Position numbers and translations under genes: made by a program | Shown here: positions 9,743 through 17,175 of the stretch, piece by piece | Layout: each line of letters opens with the position of its first letter | How positions within the stretch are numbered: position 1 is the stretch's first letter | Notes under the pieces: generated by a model | The model's database searches: none | The model's input: the letters and a program-made list of their open reading frames with translations, nothing else | What the model was told of the DNA's origin: nothing | Source of the DNA: a virus | Virus record (IMG/VR): IMGVR_UViG_3300042891_000377 | Span: 40,172 to 104,171 of that record | Reading direction: 5' to 3' (one strand) | DNA: 64,000 nucleotides

Positions 9743-9849
9743 TGTAACAAATTGTAAAAATATTGCTTGACAGGTGGCCGGTTATCATATACACTAGTAA
9801 ACATATAGCAAATCACATTTGTAACAAGATGTAACAAACTATATAAATA
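9743..9849 (+). promoter_or_regulatory. xoxF promoter region: sigma70-like promoter, flanking direct-repeat pairs and late promoter
   Basis: TTGACA(9767)-17-TACACT(9790); TGTAACAAAT-TGTAAAAA (9743-9760); TGTAACAAGA-TGTAACAA (9820-9837); TATAAATA 9842-9849. Confidence 0.6.
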
Positions 9850-9946
9850 AAGTTGTTATTAAGGGTCCTTAGTAACATTTTCAAAACTTGTGGTCCGCGG
9901 CATACAGCAACCGGCACGTTTTTATTTAAACACAAGGGAGATGTAA

Positions 9947-11812
9947 ATGAAGTTAAAATCAATTAAAGTAGCATTAAGTTTAGTTTTAGCATTACCAGCA
10001 GTAGCTTTCGCAGCAGCTGACCAAGAAAAAGCAATGAAAGACGCTAACAACTGGGTTGGCCCACGTGGTCAATACGACAACCAAGGTTACAGTGCATTAG
10101 CACAAGTTAACAAAGGTAACGTTAAAGGCCTTAAAGCTGCTTGGACATTCGCTACCGGTGTAAACCGTGGCCACGAAGGTTCACCAGTAGTTGTTGGTAA
10201 CATGATGTACGTTCACACAGCGTTCCCAAACAACGTTTACGCTCTTGACTTAAACGACAATCAAAAAATCGTTTGGTCTTACTTCCCAAAACAAGATCCA
10301 TCAGTACAAGCTGTATTGTGCTGCGATAACGTTTCACGTGGTCTTGGTTACGGCGACGGTAAAATCTACCTACAACAAAACGATGGTAACTTGGTTGCTT
10401 TAGACGCTAAAACTGGTGCTAAAGTATGGTCAACTTTAATCAACGATCCAAAAGTCGGTGCTACTAACACTAATGCTCCACACGTGATCAAAGATAAAGT
10501 ACTGACAGGTTGTTCAGGTGCTGAATTTGGTGTTCGTTGCTTTATCGCAGCTTACAACTTAAAAGACGGTTCATTAGCATGGAAAGCATACTCAACAGGC
10601 CCTGATGCTGAAATGTTAATCGGCGAAGGCTTCAACAAAGATACACCTGAGTACAGCGCACTATCAGTTTACCAAGACGTAAACGGTGGTAACAAATTAG
10701 GTGGTTCTTTCAACACTATCCCTAATGACAAATTAGTAATTGGTCAAAAAGAGTTAGGCACACGTACATGGTTGAAACCACAAGCAGTTAAAGATGGTTG
10801 GCAACATGGTGGTGGCTCTGTATGGGGCTGGTGGCCGTATGATGCTCGTACAAACTTGGTTTACTACGGAACAGGTAACCCATCAGTTTGGAACCCAGAT
10901 GTACGTCCAGGCGACAACAAATGGTCTATGACTGTTTTCGCTCGTGACTTAGACACTGGCGTTGCAAAATGGGGTATGCAAATGACTCCACACGATGAGT
11001 GGGATTACGATGGTATTAACGAAGTAATCTTGTTCGACAAAGGTGGTAAAACATACGCATGGCACCATGACCGTAACGGTTTTGCTTACACTTGGAATGC
11101 TGGTAACGGTAAATTAGTTGCTGCAGAAAAAGTACACCCATTCGTTAACTGGGCAACTGGTGTTGATTTGAAAACAGGCGTGCCTAACAAATTGGCTACT
11201 GCTTCAACTCACCAAGATTACAATGCAAAAGGCGTTTGTCCAGCTGCTTTGGGTACTAAAGACCAACAACCAGCTGCGTACTCACCAAAAACTGGTTTAA
11301 TTTACACTCCATTGAACCACGTATGTATGACATACGAGCCAGTTGAGTCTAAATACGTTGCAGGTCAACCATGGGTTGGTGCTACATTGACCATGTTCCC
11401 AGGTCCAGACGGTGTAATGGGTGGTTTCGGTGCTTACGATCCAATGACAAACAAAAAAGTTTGGTACAACAAAGAGAAATTCTCTGCTTGGGGTGGTGCT
11501 TTAACAACTGCTTCAAACTTAGTATTCTTCGGTACTTTAGATCGTTGGTTTAAAGCTGTAGATGCATCATCAGGTAAAGAACTATGGAAATTCCAAGTTG
11601 GTTCTGGCGTGATTGGTAATGCATTCACATACGGTCACAAAGGTAAACAACACGTTGGCGTGCTATCAGGTATCGGTGGCTGGGCTGGTGTGGCGATGAA
11701 CCTTGGTATGACTAACCCAACAGACGCTTTAGGTGCTGCTGGTGGTTATGCTGAATTAACAAAATACAACGCGGCTCCTGGCGGCGGTGCATTAACAGTA
11801 TTCAGTCTTTAA
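9947..11812 (+). CDS. xoxF: Lanthanide-dependent PQQ methanol dehydrogenase XoxF (probably the Methylophilaceae XoxF4 type)
   Basis: Signal peptide; vicinal CC in LCCDNVSRG; metal ligands in GAEFG and GTGNP; DEWDYDG has the extra Asp that marks Ln-binding MDH (MxaF has DYAG). Confidence 0.93.
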   Translation: MKLKSIKVALSLVLALPAVAFAAADQEKAMKDANNWVGPRGQYDNQGYSALAQVNKGNVKGLKAAWTFATGVNRGHEGSPVVVGNMMYVHTAFPNNVYALDLNDNQKIVWSYFPKQDPSVQAVLCCDNVSRGLGYGDGKIYLQQNDGNLVALDAKTGAKVWSTLINDPKVGATNTNAPHVIKDKVLTGCSGAEFGVRCFIAAYNLKDGSLAWKAYSTGPDAEMLIGEGFNKDTPEYSALSVYQDVNGGNKLGGSFNTIPNDKLVIGQKELGTRTWLKPQAVKDGWQHGGGSVWGWWPYDARTNLVYYGTGNPSVWNPDVRPGDNKWSMTVFARDLDTGVAKWGMQMTPHDEWDYDGINEVILFDKGGKTYAWHHDRNGFAYTWNAGNGKLVAAEKVHPFVNWATGVDLKTGVPNKLATASTHQDYNAKGVCPAALGTKDQQPAAYSPKTGLIYTPLNHVCMTYEPVESKYVAGQPWVGATLTMFPGPDGVMGGFGAYDPMTNKKVWYNKEKFSAWGGALTTASNLVFFGTLDRWFKAVDASSGKELWKFQVGSGVIGNAFTYGHKGKQHVGVLSGIGGWAGVAMNLGMTNPTDALGAAGGYAELTKYNAAPGGGALTVFSL

Positions 11813-11826
11813 TCTGTAGTTAACCT

Positions 11827-11853
11827 AAAAAGCCCACTTCGGTGGGCTTTTTT
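11827..11853 (+). terminator. Intrinsic terminator
   Basis: AAAAGCCCAC-ttcg-GTGGGCTTTTTT; near-identical to those at 9689 and 40800. Confidence 0.88.
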
Positions 11854-11874
11854 ACCTCTGCAATAAATACTTTT

Positions 11875-11973
11875 ATGTATACTTGGCGCGAAACGTTTAT
11901 CTTTATTGAAATCATTCTATTCTTCACACTCGTGTTTTCTATCCCCTACATAGAACAACTAATCCAACCGTAA
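11875..11973 (+). CDS. Small hydrophobic protein, 32 aa (not in ORF track)
   Basis: MYTWRETFIFIEIILFFTLVFSIPYIEQLIQP; TAAATA at 11864-11869 just upstream. Confidence 0.4.
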   Translation: MYTWRETFIFIEIILFFTLVFSIPYIEQLIQP

Positions 11974-12007
11974 CAAAAATTTAATCTGTTTGTAACACTA
12001 CTGTAAT
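11968..12007 (+). promoter_or_regulatory. Pho box array (PhoB-type binding sites)
   Basis: Four heptamers at exact 11-bp period: CCGTAAC 11968, ATTTAAT 11979, TTGTAAC 11990, CTGTAAT 12001 (consensus CTGTCAT), upstream of phosphate genes. Confidence 0.75.
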
Positions 12008-12029
12008 CTTTGTGTGTTTAAATATACAT

Positions 12030-12779
12030 ATGACCACAAGATATAAGACCATTTGTATATCCGACTTTCACCTTGGCACTAAAGATGCTAAGGCTGATCT
12101 ATTAAACAATTTCCTTAAAAATCACACCTGCGAAAATTTATTTTTAGTTGGTGATATTATTGACGGTTGGAAGATACAGCAGAACAAGTGGAAGTGGCAT
12201 CAAAGCCATACTAATGTTATTCGTCGTATATTAGGTTATAGCAAGCGAGGTTGTAATGTAACCTATGTAACTGGCAATCATGACGAGTTTCTTCGCCCGT
12301 TGGTAAGTCATGGATTCAATCTCGGCAATATTCGTATGGTAAATCAAGCAGAATATCGCAGTATAGATGGCGAGTTGTTTCTAATTACCCACGGCGACTT
12401 ATTTGACGGTATTACTAGATTAGCACCGTGGTTAGGATTTTTAGGTGATAAAGCATATGATGTAGCTTTATGGTTTAATAACTATTTTAACTTTGCTCGT
12501 AGAAAATTAGGATTTGGTTATTGGAGTTTAAGCAAGTTTTTAAAAGCTCGCGTTAAGAAAGCAATGGGTTTTGTATTTAAGTTTGAACTTAACATGTTAC
12601 AGTATGCTCAAAAACAAGGGTATGATGGTGTTATCTGCGGACATATACACACACCCGAAATTAAACACATCAACGGCATGATTTATATGAACGACGGTGA
12701 TTGGGTTGAAAGTTGTAGTGCCCTAGTAGAAGATTATGAAGGACGCTGGGATATTATATATTGGAATGAAATTAAATAG
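12030..12779 (+). CDS. plcP: Metallophosphoesterase, PlcP-like phospholipase C (LpxH-like family)
   Basis: ISDFHLG, LVGDIIDGW, GNHDE, HGDLFD, YWSLS, CGHIH, NDGDWVESCSALVE; Pho box and pstS context. Confidence 0.75.
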   Translation: MTTRYKTICISDFHLGTKDAKADLLNNFLKNHTCENLFLVGDIIDGWKIQQNKWKWHQSHTNVIRRILGYSKRGCNVTYVTGNHDEFLRPLVSHGFNLGNIRMVNQAEYRSIDGELFLITHGDLFDGITRLAPWLGFLGDKAYDVALWFNNYFNFARRKLGFGYWSLSKFLKARVKKAMGFVFKFELNMLQYAQKQGYDGVICGHIHTPEIKHINGMIYMNDGDWVESCSALVEDYEGRWDIIYWNEIK

Positions 12780-12791
12780 GAGAGAATGTAA

Positions 12792-13793
12792 ATGACGATT
12801 CAACAGATTAAAACGATAATGTATTATGTAGTAATAGCATTTGCTGTATCAATGGCTGGATTAAAACAAGTTCAGGCAGCAGACAAAATGGTCAAAATAG
12901 ACGGCAGTTCGACAGTCTATCCAATATCAGAAGCAGTAGCAGAAGAATTTCAAAAGAAAACAGGGGTTAAGGTAACAGTAGGTGAAAGTGGTACAGGTGG
13001 CGGCTTTAAAAAGTTCTGTCGCAGTGAAACTGACATCAGCGATGCTAGTCGTCCTATTTCACAAAAAGAGATGGATGCTTGTAAAGAAGCAGGTGTACAG
13101 TACATCGAATTGCCCGTTGCCTACGATGCTCTAACTGTAGTAGTAAACAGCAAAAATGGCTGGGTTAAATCATTTACAGTTGAAGAATTGAAAAAAATAT
13201 GGGCACCGGGTAGTTCAGTTAAAAACTGGAATCAAGTAAATCCAGCTTATCCAAATCAACCACTACAATTATTTGGCCCAGGTACAGCAAGTGGTACATT
13301 TGACTACTTCACCGAAGCTATCAATGGTAAGGCAAAATCCAGTCGCAGCGACTACACACCAAGTGAAGATGACAATGTTCTAGTAACTGGTGTAGCAGGT
13401 AATTCGGGGGCACTAGCTTACTTTGGTTATGCTTATTACGAAGAAAACAAAGATAAATTACGTGCCATTCCTATCATTGCTAAGGGCTCAACAACGCCAG
13501 TATTACCAAGTCCAGAAGCAGTTATGAATGGTACCTATCAACCATTAAGCCGCCCACTGTTTATCTATGTAAATGCAACAGCGGCTGCGTTTAGACCAGA
13601 AGTAAAAGCATTTGTAAATTTCTATTTAGAAAATGCACCTAAGTTAGTAAAAGAAGTAAAGTATGTTCCATTACCAGCAGACGACTATGCGGCAGTAACA
13701 GAGCATTTCAAAGCACTAAAACCAGGTACAGGGTTTAACGGTACTCCAGAAGTAGGCATTAAAATTAAAGACTTAATTAAACGAATCAAATAA
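12792..13793 (+). CDS. pstS: Phosphate ABC transporter substrate-binding protein
   Basis: [45 protein letters not shown]. Confidence 0.95.
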   Translation: MTIQQIKTIMYYVVIAFAVSMAGLKQVQAADKMVKIDGSSTVYPISEAVAEEFQKKTGVKVTVGESGTGGGFKKFCRSETDISDASRPISQKEMDACKEAGVQYIELPVAYDALTVVVNSKNGWVKSFTVEELKKIWAPGSSVKNWNQVNPAYPNQPLQLFGPGTASGTFDYFTEAINGKAKSSRSDYTPSEDDNVLVTGVAGNSGALAYFGYAYYEENKDKLRAIPIIAKGSTTPVLPSPEAVMNGTYQPLSRPLFIYVNATAAAFRPEVKAFVNFYLENAPKLVKEVKYVPLPADDYAAVTEHFKALKPGTGFNGTPEVGIKIKDLIKRIK

Positions 13794-13802
13794 GGAAACA
13801 TT

Positions 13803-15212
13803 ATGACATTAAAAAATATTATCACAGGTTTATTCATAGCATCAGCATTAATTGCTACACCAGTATATGCAGACAGCACTAACGACATCGTGAATGCGTT
13901 GGTGATGAAAGGCGTGTTAACCGAAGAAGAAGGTGCCTTAATTAACAAAGGTCGTACTGGAGAAACAAGCGCAGTTAAAAAAGAAAAAGATACCACTGTA
14001 CATGCGGCTAGCAAAATGAATATACGTGGCTACTTACAGATACGAAATACTACTATGCTCAGTGGTGACGAAGGAGTTAACCTTTGGTCAGATCGATCTG
14101 TAGGTGACAAAAATTCACTCGCTGACCAAGACAAAAACTTCCTAATTCGTCGTGCTCGTATTATTATATCAGGTTCGGCAGGTGATCGTTTAGATTACTA
14201 TATTCAACCCGACTTTGCTAGTACAGCAGGTACCACAGGTAACGTTGCGCAACTACGTGATGCTTATGGTGACGTGAATCTAACCAAAGATAAAGTGCAC
14301 CGTGTGCGTGTGGGTCAAAGTAAAGTACCATATGGATTTGAAAACTTACAATCTTCACAAAATCGTTTAGCACTTGATCGTGCCGACGCATTTAACAGCG
14401 CAGTACGTGATGAGCGTGATTTAGGTGCGTTCTACTACTACACACCAGATAATGTACAAAAGTTGTTTAAAGAAATACAAGACAGTGGTTTAAAACATTC
14501 AGGTAACTACGGTATGTTTGGCGTTGGTATATATAACGGCCAGGGTGCTAACCAACAAGATCGTAACGATAATTATCATACAGTAGCACGTTTTACTTAC
14601 CCTTGGAAAACAGAAAGCGGACAAATATACGAAGCTGGTATACAAGGTTATACAGGCAAGTATGTAAGAACAGGCAGTGCGTATAGAAGAAACATGGGCA
14701 ACAACGTTTACGCAACTAAAACACCGACATTAGAACCGGGCAACACAACTGGATTTAAAGACGAACGTATGGGTGTAAGTTTTATGATGTACCCACAACC
14801 GTTTGGTATACAAGGTGAGTGGAACTGGGGTAAAACTCCTGGCTTAGATACTGCTGCTAGTACTGATGGTATTATCAAAGAAACTAACTTGAACGGTGGT
14901 TACATTCAAACTATGTATAAAATTGATAACTTTAAAGTATTAGATACCAATGGTACACTAATTCCATTTGTTAGATGGCAATACTTTGATGGTGCGTCAA
15001 AAGCAGAAACTAACTCACCAATGAACAAGGTTAACGATTGGGAGATGGGTGCTGAATGGCAAATCGCGCCAGAGGTTGAACTTGTGGCTTACTATCATAT
15101 GATGAATCGTAGCAACCTAGTAACAGGAGCATCGGCTACTACACTAGTAAAGCAGGACTATGCTAACTTTAAAGCAGATGCCCTGCGTGTTCAACTACAG
15201 TATAACTTTTAG
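13803..15212 (+). CDS. Phosphate-selective porin (OprO/OprP family)
   Basis: Signal peptide, FLIRRARI, GQSKVPYGFENLQSSQNR, C-terminal QYNF; follows pstS. Confidence 0.8.
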   Translation: MTLKNIITGLFIASALIATPVYADSTNDIVNALVMKGVLTEEEGALINKGRTGETSAVKKEKDTTVHAASKMNIRGYLQIRNTTMLSGDEGVNLWSDRSVGDKNSLADQDKNFLIRRARIIISGSAGDRLDYYIQPDFASTAGTTGNVAQLRDAYGDVNLTKDKVHRVRVGQSKVPYGFENLQSSQNRLALDRADAFNSAVRDERDLGAFYYYTPDNVQKLFKEIQDSGLKHSGNYGMFGVGIYNGQGANQQDRNDNYHTVARFTYPWKTESGQIYEAGIQGYTGKYVRTGSAYRRNMGNNVYATKTPTLEPGNTTGFKDERMGVSFMMYPQPFGIQGEWNWGKTPGLDTAASTDGIIKETNLNGGYIQTMYKIDNFKVLDTNGTLIPFVRWQYFDGASKAETNSPMNKVNDWEMGAEWQIAPEVELVAYYHMMNRSNLVTGASATTLVKQDYANFKADALRVQLQYNF

Positions 15213-15220
15213 GAAACATT

Positions 15221-15310
15221 ATGTTTGAACTTTTTATAGATGCTGTAAAAGATATTAGCGGTATATTGGCGATAATGGCGGCTATTGGTATATGGTCATT
15301 TTTACTATAG
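15221..15310 (+). CDS. Small membrane peptide, 29 aa (not in ORF track)
   Basis: AGGA RBS; MFELFIDAVKDISGILAIMAAIGIWSFLL. Confidence 0.4.
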   Translation: MFELFIDAVKDISGILAIMAAIGIWSFLL

Positions 15311-15443
15311 ATTGCAAGAAAATTACTGGTCTTTAATGATTTTACGTATGTTATTTAGGTCAAAACGGTGTTACTATATGTATAAGTACTAGTAACAACA
15401 AAACATGTTGTGGTACTTTTAATAATTTACTAGGAGAAATACT

Positions 15444-15515
15444 ATGTGGACTAAACCAGCAGCCACTGAAATGCGTTTCGGTTTTGAAGTAACTCTTTAC
15501 GTAATGAACCGTTAA
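15444..15515 (+). CDS. pqqA: PQQ precursor peptide PqqA, 23 aa (not in ORF track)
   Basis: AGGAG RBS; MWTKPAATEMRFGFEVTLYVMNR with the E-x-x-x-Y motif; terminator follows. Confidence 0.95.
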   Translation: MWTKPAATEMRFGFEVTLYVMNR

Positions 15516-15537
15516 TTTTAAGGTCCATAACGTAAAC

Positions 15538-15560
15538 AAAGCCTCTTAGGAGGCTTTTTT
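15538..15560. terminator. Intrinsic terminator after pqqA (possibly bidirectional)
   Basis: AAAGCCTC-ttag-GAGGCTTTTTT. Confidence 0.75.
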
Positions 15561-16010
15561 ATTGGCCCGTGTTTCTGCCAAGGATGCTCTAATTTTTGCT
15601 CGTGTTTCTTCACTAACGACATGCCCTTTACGACTTGCGGCCCAATTAGCCATATGTTCTTCAGACTTCTTTTTGCCCTTCATTGCTTCAGAACGTTTTT
15701 TATTGGCTTCTTCTAACTTACCACTTGCTCGTTGTCTTTCTGTTCTAAGTTTACAACTTTCTCTGAGTTTTGCTTTAGATTCCTCAGACATGGGTTTCTT
15801 GCTGCCTTTACTCCTTGCCATAAACATTGCCTCATCTTGTCCCATTTGCCCAGACAATGCTTGCCAAGCACAATAGTCTTGCCAATTGCCGTGTTGTTCG
15901 TACAGCAAGCGATGCGCTTCTGCGTGAGCTTCTACGGTAAGTTCTATTAGGTTACTAGGATCGTCGGTGCCGCCTAGGTATTGAGGTAAGATGTGATGTA
16001 TATGTTTCAT
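15546..16010 (-). CDS. HNH homing-endonuclease-like protein with NUMOD3-like C-terminus
   Basis: HHILPQYLGGTDDPSNLIELTVEAHAEAH; repeats MSEESKAK, KSEEH, VSEETRAK; TAAATA on minus strand at 16016-16021. Confidence 0.75.
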   Translation of the reverse strand: MKHIHHILPQYLGGTDDPSNLIELTVEAHAEAHRLLYEQHGNWQDYCAWQALSGQMGQDEAMFMARSKGSKKPMSEESKAKLRESCKLRTERQRASGKLEEANKKRSEAMKGKKKSEEHMANWAASRKGHVVSEETRAKIRASLAETRANKKAS

Positions 16011-16041
16011 ACAGTTATTTATTATTGTTACTTCATAACCT

Positions 16042-16091
16042 ATAAACAAAACTTATTGCGACCATTTAAAAATACAATTAAAAAAACCTAT
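16042..16091 (+). promoter_or_regulatory. OxyR-like binding site upstream of ahpC
   Basis: ATAA-N7-TTAT-N7-ATTT-N7-CAAT (16042-16078) vs ATAG-N7-CTAT-N7-ATAG-N7-CTAT; extra ATTA-N7-CTAT at 16077-16091. Confidence 0.55.
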
Positions 16092-16164
16092 TAATCAGGC
16101 TTTTTTTATTAAAAATTTTAATATATAATATATGTACATTAACAATTTAATCAAGGGGAAGTAA

Positions 16165-16731
16165 ATGAGTTTAATCGGAAAACAAGTAGAAGCATTTAAA
16201 GCACAAGCATACCGTCAAGGTCAGTTTGTAGAAGTATCAGAGCAAGATTTAAAAGGTCGTTGGAGTATAGTATTCTTTTACCCAGCAGACTTTACATTCG
16301 TCTGCCCAACAGAATTAGCAGACTTACAAGACGTATACGCTAGTGACTTTAAAGCAATGGGGGTAGAAGTATACAGCGTAAGCACAGACACACACTTTGT
16401 ACACAAAGCATGGGCAGATGCTACAGACACAATCCGTAACATCACCTACACAATGATTGGCGATGCTAACCATCAGTTAGCTCGACAATTTGGTGTGCTA
16501 ATTGAAAGCGAAGGACTAGCTGATCGCGGTACGTTTGTTATTGATCCAGATGGTGTTGTACAGATCATTGAGATCAATCCAGGGGGTGTTGGCCGTGACG
16601 CAAAAGAACTATTGCGTAAAGTTAAAGCGGCAAAATACACTAGAGAGCATCCGGGTGAAGTATGCCCGGCTAAATGGCAAGAAGGAAGTGCTACCTTAGC
16701 ACCAAGTTTGGATTTAGTAGGTAAACTATAA
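16165..16731 (+). CDS. ahpC: Peroxiredoxin AhpC
   Basis: [13 protein letters not shown] and GEVCPAKW. Confidence 0.96.
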   Translation: MSLIGKQVEAFKAQAYRQGQFVEVSEQDLKGRWSIVFFYPADFTFVCPTELADLQDVYASDFKAMGVEVYSVSTDTHFVHKAWADATDTIRNITYTMIGDANHQLARQFGVLIESEGLADRGTFVIDPDGVVQIIEINPGGVGRDAKELLRKVKAAKYTREHPGEVCPAKWQEGSATLAPSLDLVGKL

Positions 16732-16736
16732 AAACA

Positions 16737-16763
16737 AAAAGCCCCAATTAAGGGGCTTTTTTA
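16737..16763. terminator. Bidirectional terminator between ahpC and cytochrome c
   Basis: AAAAGCCCC-aattaa-GGGGCTTTTTT. Confidence 0.8.
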
Positions 16764-17060
16764 TCACTGAGTTAACACCCATTTAACTAGCGTTTTAATA
16801 TCCTCGTCTTTGATCTGTGGACTCATTGGCGGCATTGGGATAGGACCCCATACTCCACTACCACCTGCTTTAACCTTTGCTACTAGTTTAGCCTCTACAT
16901 CTTGACCTTTGTATTTCTTAGCAACGTCTTTATACGCTGGACCTAAGATCTTATGATCAACTGCGTGACAAGCTAAACACCCACTTTTCTGTGCCAATGC
17001 TTGGTTAGCATTTGCTGTGATGCAACTACCTAATAATAATACTGCTAAAATAGTTTTCAT
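16764..17060 (-). CDS. Class I cytochrome c (c551/c552, c8 type)
   Basis: Signal peptide, CLACH haem motif, GPAYKDVA, GSGVWGPIPMPP with axial Met. Confidence 0.92.
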   Translation of the reverse strand: MKTILAVLLLGSCITANANQALAQKSGCLACHAVDHKILGPAYKDVAKKYKGQDVEAKLVAKVKAGGSGVWGPIPMPPMSPQIKDEDIKTLVKWVLTQ

Positions 17061-17175
17061 TTTAGACCTTTCATAAAAGTTAACTTACAATGTATTTAAC
17101 GCCGATAAACTATATCTATTTATTTTTGGTAGAATTTTGATTGACGAAAATTCCAAAAGAGTAAATAATAGTACT

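Noticed and set aside
9947-11812. Calcium-dependent MxaF
   Set aside because: Has DYDG rather than DYAG, and no mxaI or other mxa genes are present.
16764-17060. XoxG/cytochrome cL
   Set aside because: Too short and has the c551/c552 pattern (GVWG..PMPP); more likely a downstream carrier.
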